Assembly: GCA_030765585.1 (NCBI GenBank)
Contig: JAVCCJ010000075.1
Span: 37,482-101,481 of the forward strand
Direction of reading: 5' to 3'
DNA length: 64,000 nt
Source of the DNA: Candidatus Zapsychrus exili
GTDB lineage: Bacteria; Omnitrophota; Gorgyraeia; Zapsychrales; Zapsychraceae
Every line of letters begins with the position of its first letter. Position 1 is the first letter of the stretch. A program made the position numbers and the translations under genes. The notes under the pieces are model-generated. The model searched no databases and was not told where the DNA came from. It worked only from the letters and a program-made list of their open reading frames with translations. Of this stretch, positions 30,684-40,229 are shown in pieces.

Positions 30684-32087
30684 ATGAACGTTATTAGCGA
30701 AAGTAATAGTTTGTATAAAATTATTGATTTTAAACATTGTGCTATAGATTTGCTTAAAGTTTTTAAAGATGAAAGTCATGTTTTTTGCTTAGATAGCAGT
30801 TTTCAAGGTAGTAAAAGAGGTCAATTTTCTTTTATCGGATTTGACCCTTTTGATGTCTTTGAACATAAGGGGGCTGATACTTTAAAATTGCTTAAGGAAA
30901 AATATTTAAAGTATTCTCATGCCAAGATAGACTCGCCGTCTCCCTTGTCCTCGGGTATTATAGGATTTCTAGGGTATGATTATGGATTAACTCAAGAAAG
31001 AATAAAATTAAATGCAGTTGATGATTTAAATTTGCCAGATTGTTTCTTTGGGTTTTATGATGTAATTCTTACGATAGATCATATAAATAGCAAACTTATA
31101 ATAACTTCATCAGGTCTTCCAGAACAAGATATTGAATTAAGAAAAGAAAGAGCAAGCAGTAGGCTTCAATTTGTTTTAGAAAAGATTACGTTGATAGATA
31201 AATTTACTGATAGCAGTAATACACATTGTGAGGAATCAAGTTTTTATGATATAGACAAAAGACTTGTTTGTAATTTTAAGAAGTCTGAATATTTACAAGC
31301 AGTTGAAAAGTCGCTTGATTATATAAAAGAAGGCGATATTTATCAGGTAAATTTGTCTCAAAGATTTGAAGTTGATTCTAAAGACGAAATTGATTCTGTT
31401 AAAGTTTATGCTCATTTAAGAAATTTGTCACCAGCTCCATTTGGAGGTTATTTGGATTGTGGAAATTTTAAGGTTATTAGCGTATCTCCTGAAAGATTTT
31501 TAAAAGTTGTTGATAGAAAAGTTGAGACAAGGCCGATGAAAGGTACTCGGCCAAGAGGAGAAAACCCAAATCAAGACGAGATTTTAAAGAGCGAGATAGT
31601 AGAGAGCGATAAAGATAAAGCAGAGCTTTTGATGATTACGGATTTAGAGAGGAATGATTTAGGTAGAGTTTGCGACTATGGTTCAGTTAAGGTAAATCAA
31701 ATGCGCGAAGTTGAAGAGTACTCAACGGTATTTCAGACAACATCTGAGGTTAGCGGTACTTTGCAAGATGATAAGGATATTTTTGATCTTATTTCCGCAG
31801 CTTTTCCTGGAGGCTCTATCACAGGTGCCCCTAAAATTCGTGCAATGGAAATTATAGAAGAATTGGAGCCTACTAGACGAGGAATTTATACTGGATCGTT
31901 AGGTTATTTAAGTTTTGATGGAAATATGGATTTAAATATTTTGATAAGAACTTTACTTTGTAAAAAGAACAAGATTTTATTTCAAGTAGGAGGAGGGATT
32001 GTCTCAGACTCTGACCCAGAAAAAGAATATCAGGAGACACTTGTTAAGGCGAAGGCTATTATGCAAACATTAAAAGAGGTTTTATAA
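30684..32087 (+). CDS. pabB: aminodeoxychorismate synthase component I (chorismate-binding enzyme; PabB-like)
   Basis: Chorismate-binding motifs PERFLKV, RPMKGTRPRG, DLERNDLGRV and GGSITGAPKIRAMEIIEELE. Confidence 0.75.
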   Translation: MNVISESNSLYKIIDFKHCAIDLLKVFKDESHVFCLDSSFQGSKRGQFSFIGFDPFDVFEHKGADTLKLLKEKYLKYSHAKIDSPSPLSSGIIGFLGYDYGLTQERIKLNAVDDLNLPDCFFGFYDVILTIDHINSKLIITSSGLPEQDIELRKERASSRLQFVLEKITLIDKFTDSSNTHCEESSFYDIDKRLVCNFKKSEYLQAVEKSLDYIKEGDIYQVNLSQRFEVDSKDEIDSVKVYAHLRNLSPAPFGGYLDCGNFKVISVSPERFLKVVDRKVETRPMKGTRPRGENPNQDEILKSEIVESDKDKAELLMITDLERNDLGRVCDYGSVKVNQMREVEEYSTVFQTTSEVSGTLQDDKDIFDLISAAFPGGSITGAPKIRAMEIIEELEPTRRGIYTGSLGYLSFDGNMDLNILIRTLLCKKNKILFQVGGGIVSDSDPEKEYQETLVKAKAIMQTLKEVL

Positions 32088-32095
32088 AATAAGAT

Positions 32096-32893
32096 ATGAA
32101 GGTATTTTTAGCCGGTAAAATAAAAGATATTAATAAAAAAGAGATTGAGAGCTTGTCCCCTGGAGTCTTAAAAGCTCGTGGAGTATTTGAAACTTTAAAG
32201 GTTTATGATGGTAAAATATTCTTTTTAAATGAACATTTAGAAAGGATGAGAAGAGGGCTCATTGCTTTAAAGCTAAGAAATATCTTAAGTGGTGCGACGA
32301 TAAATAAGAAAGTTATCGAGCTTCTTAAAATAAATAAGTTAAAGAATGCAAGGGCTAGAATATCTATTTGGAAAGAGGGAACAAAACAAAGAGCTTGTAT
32401 TATAGTAATGCCTTTAAATAGGTCTAAGAGAAATGGTTTTAATGCAAATTTATCCAAGACTAAAAAGAATAGGTCGTCAATTTCGCATCTTAAAACTTTT
32501 TCTTATAGAAATTGTCTAGATGCATTTTTAGATGCACAATCAAAAGGCTTTGATGAAGCCATTCTTCTTAACAACAAAGGATTTATTGCAGAGGCTTCAA
32601 GAAGCAATATATTTTTTATAAAAAGAGGCAAGCTTTTTACACCTTCTATTGATTGCGGTTGTTTGAATGGAATCACAAGAGGTGTTGTTATGAAAATAGC
32701 TAAAGATATAGGTATTAATGTAGAAATAGGCAGGTTTCAGCTTAAAAATTTATTGAGTTCTGAAGAGGCTTTTTTAACGAATTCTTTAATTGGAGTAATG
32801 CCATTATTTGCGGTAAATAGAAAAAAGATAGGTAAGCCCCATATTGGGAAAATGACAGAAAGCATTGCAAAGCAGTATAAAACAATGATTTAA
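32096..32893 (+). CDS. class IV aminotransferase (aminodeoxychorismate lyase PabC-like)
   Basis: Fold-type IV PLP motifs (GVFETLKVYDG, EAFLTNS). Adjacent to pabB. Confidence 0.65.
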   Translation: MKVFLAGKIKDINKKEIESLSPGVLKARGVFETLKVYDGKIFFLNEHLERMRRGLIALKLRNILSGATINKKVIELLKINKLKNARARISIWKEGTKQRACIIVMPLNRSKRNGFNANLSKTKKNRSSISHLKTFSYRNCLDAFLDAQSKGFDEAILLNNKGFIAEASRSNIFFIKRGKLFTPSIDCGCLNGITRGVVMKIAKDIGINVEIGRFQLKNLLSSEEAFLTNSLIGVMPLFAVNRKKIGKPHIGKMTESIAKQYKTMI

Positions 32894-33092
32894 TTTTTAT
32901 TTCTTAAAGCTATTTATTGCGCTAAGTCCCACTACTTATGGCATAAAGACATATAAAAAGTCACTGTTGTTGTTTGCTCTAAGAAATTTTTGTTTTTTTG
33001 GAAATGTTTTGAGGTTATGAAGCTTTTTATTTTTTATTTGCTCATTTGCTTTAAAGCAAGTAGAATTAGATAACTAATATTAGAAAGATGAT

Positions 33093-34118
33093 ATGATAAA
33101 AATAAATTTAAGAATATTAATATTAATTAACGTTATTTTGTTATTTGTTGCCAGAGGTGCATTCTCTGATCAAAGATCAGCAGCTAGTAGAGCATTAATG
33201 GATACAGAAATATTGTTAGATTCTTATGGAGATGATGTTTTAGGGCAAATAAAAAAAGAAGCTGTTTCTGTAGAGAAAATAAATAAAGAGTTAGAGCATG
33301 AGCATGATATCGTTAATAAAGAATTAAATATATTTGCTAAAACAATTGCACAATATAAAAAGAAAATCATTTCTCTTAAAGCTGATCTTGAAAATTTAGA
33401 GGGTTATCAAGAAAATAGTAAAGATTCGTTTATTGAGCAGAAGAGCTTGCAGAAATTAGAAGACAATATTTTGATTAATAAAAGTAAGAACATTTATCTC
33501 AAAGGTCAGCTTATGGATGCTGACGAAGAACTAAGATTAAAAAAGATGAAGCTTGCTGATTCAGAATATAATCTTAGGCAAGAAAAGTTAGATTATAAAA
33601 TTAAGAAACACGCGTTTAATGAAGAACAGAGAAGAAAGAAGGTCGATAATAATAAGTTGCGAAAAGAATTGCAGGGGAATTTAAATAAGACAATACGGAT
33701 AGAGCAGAGTTTAAGTGATATTGGAAAAAGGTCTGCTTATTTTTCCGAGAGTATACAAAGGCTAGCCGAAGAAAATAAGAGGCTAGAGGATAAAATAGGA
33801 GAAATAGAAGAAAGAAAAGATTTCAAATCGAAGGAAGTTTCTCTTTTGAAGAAAAAGATTGAGTTTGCGAGAAAGTCTTTGGAGGTGGATGTATTACCTA
33901 AAGAGAAGAAAATAAGAGGTTTGATTGGCAATGTTAATAAGCTAAATAAAGAATATAATTTCTTAAATGATTCTCTTAAGTCGTCTCTTATTATGAGGGA
34001 TGAGAAAAGAGATCTTATGAAAAAAATAATTGAGCATGATAAGGAAAATCAAGAGCTAATAGATAAAATATTATTATTAGAGGAAAAACCAAAAGACTAC
34101 GGAGAGTATATAAATTAG
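33093..34118 (+). CDS. secreted coiled-coil protein (hypothetical)
   Basis: Signal peptide followed by about 300 aa of heptad-rich, low-complexity coiled coil rich in K, E, L and N. Confidence 0.35.
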   Translation: MIKINLRILILINVILLFVARGAFSDQRSAASRALMDTEILLDSYGDDVLGQIKKEAVSVEKINKELEHEHDIVNKELNIFAKTIAQYKKKIISLKADLENLEGYQENSKDSFIEQKSLQKLEDNILINKSKNIYLKGQLMDADEELRLKKMKLADSEYNLRQEKLDYKIKKHAFNEEQRRKKVDNNKLRKELQGNLNKTIRIEQSLSDIGKRSAYFSESIQRLAEENKRLEDKIGEIEERKDFKSKEVSLLKKKIEFARKSLEVDVLPKEKKIRGLIGNVNKLNKEYNFLNDSLKSSLIMRDEKRDLMKKIIEHDKENQELIDKILLLEEKPKDYGEYIN

Positions 34119-34203
34119 TTTAAGCTAGAGAAATATTTTTATTTTAACTTTTTGGTTTAATTAATAATTTTAAGAAATAAGTTTATTCTTAGAGGAGGAA
34201 TAT

Positions 34204-34689
34204 ATGGATGAAATATTAGAAGCTTTATCGAATGACGCAAGAATAACGCCGCAAGAATTGTCTAAGCTAACAGGTAAAAGTTTGGCAGCAGTTAAAAGTG
34301 ATATAAAGAAATATGAGAAAAAAGGGGTAATAGTAAAGTATAAAGCAGTTATAAATAATGACTTGTTAGATGATTCAAAGCCAAAGGTACGTGCTTTAAT
34401 TGAGGTTAGCATAGTTCCCCAGAAAGATGTTGGATTCGACAGGATAGCAGAAAGAATTTATAGTTTTGATGAAGTAATAAGTTGTTCTTTGGTTTCTGGG
34501 ACTTATGATCTTTTGGTTATTGTTGAAGGAGATAATATACAGACAGTTTCTAATTTTATAGCTTCTAAACTTTCTCCTATGGAGCATGTAAGGGGTACAG
34601 CAACACACTTTTTGCTTAAGAAATACAAAGAAGACGGACAAATTCTAAAGAAAAAAAGAAAAATGGCAAGACTTAATATATCTTATTAA
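34204..34689 (+). CDS. Lrp/AsnC-family transcriptional regulator
   Basis: N-terminal HTH (NDARITPQELSKLTGKSLAAVKSDIKKYEKKGVI) and C-terminal RAM domain. Confidence 0.8.
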   Translation: MDEILEALSNDARITPQELSKLTGKSLAAVKSDIKKYEKKGVIVKYKAVINNDLLDDSKPKVRALIEVSIVPQKDVGFDRIAERIYSFDEVISCSLVSGTYDLLVIVEGDNIQTVSNFIASKLSPMEHVRGTATHFLLKKYKEDGQILKKKRKMARLNISY

Positions 34690-34695
34690 TAAAAT

Positions 34696-34737
34696 TATAC
34701 TTATTTAAGCTGCTGGGCCGCAGCTTAAATAAGTATA
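34696..34737 (+). other. perfect 18-bp stem hairpin (TATACTTATTTAAGCTGC-tgggcc-GCAGCTTAAATAAGTATA) downstream of the lrp-like gene
   Basis: Perfect inverted repeat read from the sequence. No U-tract follows, so it may be a terminator or processing hairpin. Confidence 0.5.
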
Positions 34738-34805
34738 AATTCGTACGGGCTAACTTGATGTTCGCCTCGTAAATTACTCGGCCCCATAAGTTAGGTGCTC
34801 ATTTA

Positions 34806-35963
34806 ATGGAATTTAAAATATCTAAAAAAGTAGAAGAGATGCAACCATCAGGCATTAGGGCTTTCTTTGATTTAGTGTTGGGCATGAAAGATGTTATTTC
34901 GTTAGGCGTAGGAGAGCCGGACTTTGTAAGTCCTTGGAATGTTAGAGAGAAAGCTATTTATTCTTTAGAGCAAGGGTACACATCTTATACGTCAAATAAA
35001 GGGATGCCAGAGCTAAGAAAGCAAATATCAAGTTTCTTGAAAAAACGCTATAGTTTGTCTTATGGCTGGGATGATGAAGTTCTTATAACTGCAGGTGTAA
35101 GCGAGGGTCTGGATTTAGTTATGAGAACTATTTTAAATCCAGGAGATAAGGTTTTGATACCTGAACCTTCGTATGTTTCTTATGGTCCTGTGGTGTCTTT
35201 GACAGGAGGCGTACCTATATTTATAGAGACAAGCGTTAAGAATGATTTTAAGGTTACGCCAAAACAAATTAGTGATAAATGTGGTAAAGGTGTAAAAGCT
35301 ATTCTTTTTAATTATCCATGTAATCCTACGGGAGCATCTTATACAAAAAAAGAATTAAAAGAAATTGCTTCTGTAGTCAAGAAACATAATTTATTAGTTA
35401 TAAGCGATGAAGTTTATGATGAGCTTACATATGATTTTGATCATACAGCATTTCCTTCTTTAAAGGATATGAAAAATAGAACGATTTATTTAAATGGTGT
35501 ATCTAAGTCATATGCTATGACAGGTTTTCGTATTGGTTGGGCAGTTGGTCCTAAAAAAATAATTGCTGGTATGACAAAAATACATCAGTACACAATGCTT
35601 TGTACATCTATTAACAGTCAGATAGCAGCATCAGAGGCTTTAAAGAACGGGTTTAATAGTGTTCAATTTATGAAAAGAGAATATCAAAGACGCCGCAGGT
35701 ATATTGTAGACGCTTTAAATGATATTGGATTAGAGTGTCATTGTCCGCAAGGCACGTTTTATGTCTTTCCTTCTATAAAGAGTACAAAACAAAAGTCAAT
35801 AGACTTTGCCAAGAACCTTCTTAAATCCAAGAAAGTCGCATTGGTTCCAGGAGTAGCTTTTGGTAAATCCTGTGAAGGACATGTACGCATTTCGTATGCT
35901 TCAAGCTATGAAGACTTAAAGGAAGCTATATTTAGGATTCAAAGCTATCTTAAAAAAATCTAG
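34806..35963 (+). CDS. aspartate/aromatic aminotransferase (PLP fold type I)
   Basis: NYPCNPTGA and the PLP-lysine motif SKSYAMTGFRIGW. Confidence 0.8.
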   Translation: MEFKISKKVEEMQPSGIRAFFDLVLGMKDVISLGVGEPDFVSPWNVREKAIYSLEQGYTSYTSNKGMPELRKQISSFLKKRYSLSYGWDDEVLITAGVSEGLDLVMRTILNPGDKVLIPEPSYVSYGPVVSLTGGVPIFIETSVKNDFKVTPKQISDKCGKGVKAILFNYPCNPTGASYTKKELKEIASVVKKHNLLVISDEVYDELTYDFDHTAFPSLKDMKNRTIYLNGVSKSYAMTGFRIGWAVGPKKIIAGMTKIHQYTMLCTSINSQIAASEALKNGFNSVQFMKREYQRRRRYIVDALNDIGLECHCPQGTFYVFPSIKSTKQKSIDFAKNLLKSKKVALVPGVAFGKSCEGHVRISYASSYEDLKEAIFRIQSYLKKI

Positions 35964-36059
35964 TAATCTTAAAATTTATTTAGAAAAGCGAAGATCCTTT
36001 TAGAGCAAATAAGGATAGTTGCCTATTTTTATATTTTTCTATACGACAAGAAATAATTA

Positions 36060-36443
36060 ATGGCAAAAAGTACTAAGAAATTAGATGATACGGATTTTGA
36101 AATCCAGTTTTATGAAGGCGTGTTAGATAAGGCTCCAGATTTCTTTGAGGCCCTTAGTGCATTAGGTGATTTGTATACAAAAAAGGGCAGATACAAAGAA
36201 GGATTAAAAGTTGATTTGAGATTAATTGTTTTTAAGCCAGACGATCCGATTGTTTTATATAATCTTGCTTGTAGCTATTCTTTATTGGAAGATATTGATA
36301 AAGCCTTAGTGATGTTTAAGAAGGCAATAAAGTTTGGGTACAGCGATTTTGCTCATCTTCAAACTGATAGTGATTTGGAAAATCTTAAGAAAGATGCTAG
36401 GTTTAAAAGATATATGCTGAGAATTAAAAAAAAGGAATTGTAA
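36060..36443 (+). CDS. small TPR-like protein
   Basis: TPR-like helices (ALSALGDLYTKKGRYKEGLK; LYNLACSYSLLEDIDKALVMFKKAIKFG). 7-nt gap to the next gene. Confidence 0.4.
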   Translation: MAKSTKKLDDTDFEIQFYEGVLDKAPDFFEALSALGDLYTKKGRYKEGLKVDLRLIVFKPDDPIVLYNLACSYSLLEDIDKALVMFKKAIKFGYSDFAHLQTDSDLENLKKDARFKRYMLRIKKKEL

Positions 36444-36449
36444 AAAAAT

Positions 36450-38327
36450 ATGTTTTCAAACAAACAAGAAAAAGAGAACGCTAACGAAAGACAGTACATT
36501 CGTTTAAAAAGCGTTTTTCCTGTAGAATTTACCGTTGTTCGTCTTCCAGATAATTTGTTTGGGATTAATTGGCTACAAGGATATACGAGCAATGTTAGTA
36601 AAGGTGGTATTTGTCTTGAGACATCTTACTTGGATGAACGTATTTTTTCTTATTTAGAAAAAGAAGATACGTATTTAGAAACGCGAATACATATACCGCT
36701 CTTTTTGCCACCTATAAAGGCAATAACAGAAGTAGCATGGATTAAAAAAGAGTCTGGTGAAAACTCCCTTAAGTATAGAATTGGATTAAAATTTAAATCA
36801 ATAAATCCTGCTGATCTTAGAAGAATGTTAAGGCAGGCCAGATGGATAAGATTTTCATTTAAAGCCGTTGTTGTTTTGGCAATAAGTTTTCTTGTTGCAT
36901 TCTCTGTAGCTAGTTTTCGTAATTATACGCTTAGAGCAACAAATCGTAAATTAATAAATAAGTTTGTGACTGTTCAGCAACAGCATATACAAGAAAAAGA
37001 AGAATTAAATAGAGTGTCTGATGAAAAAAGAGTTATTCTTAGGCAAATTGAAGGACAAGCAGACACTGTAACAACTCGCAAAGAACTTCAGCTAGAGTAT
37101 GAAGTTCTTGCTAGACAAGAAAAACAGATATCAGATAGATTTAATATGCTTGAGGGAAAAAGAGAAGGCCTCGAAAAACAAGTTTTAGAAAAAATGTACT
37201 TATGGCTTAAGAATCATCAAAGCCCATCTACTGGTTTAGTTTTAAGTTTCGAAGGAAGTGTTGGCATAATAAATCACTGGTCTTTTACATATGATCAAGC
37301 TTTGGCTGTTAATGTTTTTATGTTGTTTGAAGATTACCAAGCAGCTAAGAAAATATTAGATTTTTTTAATAAAGAAGCAAAGAATAAATTTGGCGGATTT
37401 GCTAATGCATATTATTTTGATTCTGGGGATGTGACAGAATTTGTTGTACATTGTGGCCCTAATATTTGGTTAGGAATTGCAATTATGCAATATACAAAAA
37501 ATACAGGTGATTATTCGTATATGCCTTTAGCGCAGAAAATAGCTGACTGGACGATACATATTCAAGACGAGGACCCTGTAGGTGGCATAAAAGGGGGCCC
37601 AGAAAGTTCTTGGTTTGCCACTGAGCATAATTTAGATGCATATGCATTCTTTGAAATGATTTACAGCATGACAAAAGACACTAAGTATGAACTAGCTAAG
37701 CAGAAGTCATTATTCTGGCTTAAAACTTATGCTATGATTCCGCATTCAAAGGATTATAAATCTCCTCCTATCAAAAGAGGGAAAGGGGATGCAACTATTG
37801 CCACGGATACTTTTGCGTGGTCTCTTGCTACTTTGGGTCCAGAGAAGCTTATAAAAATTGGTATGGATCCTGAACAAATAATGAATTTTGCTGAAAAACA
37901 TTGTAAAGTAAATATTAAATTTAAAAGACCAAGTGATGTAGTAGTTGACGTAGAGGGTTTTGATTTTTCTAAGGAGACGCATATGCCAAGAGGCGGATTA
38001 GTTTCTCCAGAATGGACTTCGCAAATGATTATATCTTTCCAGATATTAAGTGAATACTTTGAAGGTCAAGGTAATTCTATCAAGGCAGGTTACTATATTG
38101 AGAAATCAGAAAAGTATTTAAATGAATTAAAAAAACTTATTATCTCAAGTCCTTCTGCTAGAGGACAAGGAGAAGGCTGTCTTCCCTACGCAACTTTAGC
38201 AAACGCTGATACGGGACATGGATGGAATACCCCTTTTGGAATAGATACTTGTTCTGTCGCAGGAACTGCGTATATGATTATGGCGTTGAAAGATTTTAAT
38301 CCTTTGATGTTTGACTTGCCCCGTTAG
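36450..38327 (+). CDS. PilZ-domain protein with a TM/coiled-coil linker and a C-terminal (alpha/alpha)6 glycosidase-like domain
   Basis: PilZ motifs RQYIRLKS (RxxxR) and DISKGGICLE (D/NxSxxG). TM helix (AVVVLAISFLVAFSVA). Coiled coil. C-terminal domain with six-hairpin-glycosidase-like repeats (HWSFTYDQALAVNVFML, GPNIWLGIAIMQY). Confidence 0.55.
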   Translation: MFSNKQEKENANERQYIRLKSVFPVEFTVVRLPDNLFGINWLQGYTSNVSKGGICLETSYLDERIFSYLEKEDTYLETRIHIPLFLPPIKAITEVAWIKKESGENSLKYRIGLKFKSINPADLRRMLRQARWIRFSFKAVVVLAISFLVAFSVASFRNYTLRATNRKLINKFVTVQQQHIQEKEELNRVSDEKRVILRQIEGQADTVTTRKELQLEYEVLARQEKQISDRFNMLEGKREGLEKQVLEKMYLWLKNHQSPSTGLVLSFEGSVGIINHWSFTYDQALAVNVFMLFEDYQAAKKILDFFNKEAKNKFGGFANAYYFDSGDVTEFVVHCGPNIWLGIAIMQYTKNTGDYSYMPLAQKIADWTIHIQDEDPVGGIKGGPESSWFATEHNLDAYAFFEMIYSMTKDTKYELAKQKSLFWLKTYAMIPHSKDYKSPPIKRGKGDATIATDTFAWSLATLGPEKLIKIGMDPEQIMNFAEKHCKVNIKFKRPSDVVVDVEGFDFSKETHMPRGGLVSPEWTSQMIISFQILSEYFEGQGNSIKAGYYIEKSEKYLNELKKLIISSPSARGQGEGCLPYATLANADTGHGWNTPFGIDTCSVAGTAYMIMALKDFNPLMFDLPR

Positions 38328-38336
38328 AGATAAGAA

Positions 38337-38597
38337 ATGTATTATACTTATATTTTGAGAAGTAAAAAAGATAATTTATGGTATACAAGTTATATAAAAG
38401 ATTGAGATGTGCGGTTAAAAAAGCATAATAAGGGTAAAGTGTTATCAACAAAAAATAGAGCGCCTTTTTAGTTGATTTATTATGAGGCTTGCATAGATGA
38501 AAGAGATGCTATTGCAAGAGAGAAATATTTAAAATCTGGGATGGGAAAACGTTATTTAAGAAATAGAATGAAGTTTTTCTTATCTCTAACGGGGTGA
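38337..38597 (+). pseudogene. GIY-YIG nuclease-family small ORF inactivated by two in-frame stop codons
   Basis: Single-frame translation MYYTYILRSKKDNLWYTSYIKD*DVRLKKHNKGKVLSTKNRAPF*LIYYEACIDERDAIAREKYLKSGMGKRYLRNRMK. This matches the GIY-YIG pattern (YxYIL, YxG, RLxxHN, YxE, KxxxxK), with TGA and TAG at conserved Leu and Glu positions. Confidence 0.6.
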
Positions 38598-38603
38598 ATA
38601 AAT

Positions 38604-39023
38604 ATGAAGTCTTATAAACAAGAATTATGGTTTGATACAAAATCACGACGAGATTATGTTAATATAACCAGAGAAGTGCAAGAAGAAATAGATAAAAGTG
38701 GAATTAAGGAAGGCCTTTGTCTTGTTAATGCTATGCATATAACAGCAAGTGTATATATAAATGATGATGAGAGTGGGCTTATCGGTGATTATGATAAATG
38801 GCTTGAAAAGTTAGCTCCGCATCAACCCCTTTCTCAGTATAATCATAATAATACTGGAGAGGATAATGGCGATGCACATTTAAAAAGACAGATAATGGGT
38901 CGAGAAGTGGTTGTGGCAGTAACTGATGGAAAGCTTGATTTTGGACCTTGGGAACAGATTTTCTATGGAGAGTTTGATGGCCGTAGAAGGAAAAGAGTAT
39001 TAGTTAAAATAATTGGAGAATAA
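38604..39023 (+). CDS. YjbQ/UPF0047-family protein (secondary thiamine-phosphate synthase-like)
   Basis: Conserved UPF0047 blocks ([58 protein letters not shown]). Confidence 0.75.
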   Translation: MKSYKQELWFDTKSRRDYVNITREVQEEIDKSGIKEGLCLVNAMHITASVYINDDESGLIGDYDKWLEKLAPHQPLSQYNHNNTGEDNGDAHLKRQIMGREVVVAVTDGKLDFGPWEQIFYGEFDGRRRKRVLVKIIGE

Positions 39024-39046
39024 ACAAGATATAAGGAGAGAATTAA

Positions 39047-39952
39047 ATGTCTTTGATTGCATTAGGAACAGTTGCCTTAGATGATATTAAAACACCTAAA
39101 GGGGTAAAAAAGGACTTGCTCGGAGGGTCTGCGTCTCATTTTTCAATGAGCGCATCACTTTTTACAAAAACTCATATAGCTGGAATTATAGGAGAGGATT
39201 TTCCAGAGAAGCATATGGCCTTGTTCAAGAAGAAAAAAGTAGATACTACAGCTATAATTAAAAAGAAAGGTAAAACTTTTCATTGGTACGGCGAATATAA
39301 AAAAGGAGATTTTAATAGTGCGATAACTATTAAGACAGAGTTGGGAGTAATAACTGAATATGAGCCAATATTGAGTGTAAGCCAAAAAAATATCCCGAAT
39401 GTATTTTTAGCAAATATAGATCCTATTACTCAGATGAAGTTTTTAAAAGTTATGAAAAATCCTAAATTCGTCGGATTAGACACTATGAATTTATGGATAG
39501 ATACTATGCGAGGAGATGTTGTTAAATTGATGAAGAAAATAGATTTATTTGTTTTAAATGATGGTGAAGCAAGGATGTTAGCAGAGGAGACTAATTTAAT
39601 AAAAGCAGCAAAGATTTTACGTAAAATGGGACCGTCATTAATTGTAATAAAAAAAGGTGAGAATGGAGTTTTGTTTTATTGTGATAAGTTTATGTTTTCA
39701 TTCCCAGCATTTCCTGTTACAGAAGTCGTAGATCCAACAGGTGCGGGAGACACTTTTGCAGGTGGACTTATGGGATATTTAATTAAACAGAAAAAAATAA
39801 ATGAAAAAACATTAAGAGCGGCTTTGGTTTATTCTACAATACTTTCTTCGTTTAATGTGGAAGGTTTTGTTGCAGACAAAACAGCTTCGCTTAATTTAAC
39901 AAAAGTTAATAAAAGAAGAAAAGAGTTTATAAGGTTTATAGCGCCTAATTAA
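39047..39952 (+). CDS. PfkB-family carbohydrate kinase
   Basis: N-terminal GG motif and the C-terminal anion-hole DPTGAGDTFAGG. Confidence 0.75.
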   Translation: MSLIALGTVALDDIKTPKGVKKDLLGGSASHFSMSASLFTKTHIAGIIGEDFPEKHMALFKKKKVDTTAIIKKKGKTFHWYGEYKKGDFNSAITIKTELGVITEYEPILSVSQKNIPNVFLANIDPITQMKFLKVMKNPKFVGLDTMNLWIDTMRGDVVKLMKKIDLFVLNDGEARMLAEETNLIKAAKILRKMGPSLIVIKKGENGVLFYCDKFMFSFPAFPVTEVVDPTGAGDTFAGGLMGYLIKQKKINEKTLRAALVYSTILSSFNVEGFVADKTASLNLTKVNKRRKEFIRFIAPN

Positions 39953-39953
39953 T

Positions 39954-40229
39954 ATGGAAATGAGTATAATAGAAAAAATAGGATTCGTTGCTGCCGTTGT
40001 GCTCCCATTCTGGAATATTCCTTTGGTAGTTAAGATTATAAAGAGAAAATCTTCTAAGGATATTAGTTTGTTGTGGGTAACAGGAGTGTGGATTTGCATT
40101 CTACTTATGGCGCCGGCAGGATTCAGATCAAGTGATATTGTTTGGAGAGCGTTTAATATAACAAATCTAGTATTGTTTACTATAGTTTTTTTTGTAGCAG
40201 TACGTTTTAGGAGTGGTAATGGAAAATAA
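39954..40229 (+). CDS. small hypothetical membrane protein
   Basis: Two or three hydrophobic helices. Overlaps the era start. Confidence 0.3.
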   Translation: MEMSIIEKIGFVAAVVLPFWNIPLVVKIIKRKSSKDISLLWVTGVWICILLMAPAGFRSSDIVWRAFNITNLVLFTIVFFVAVRFRSGNGK

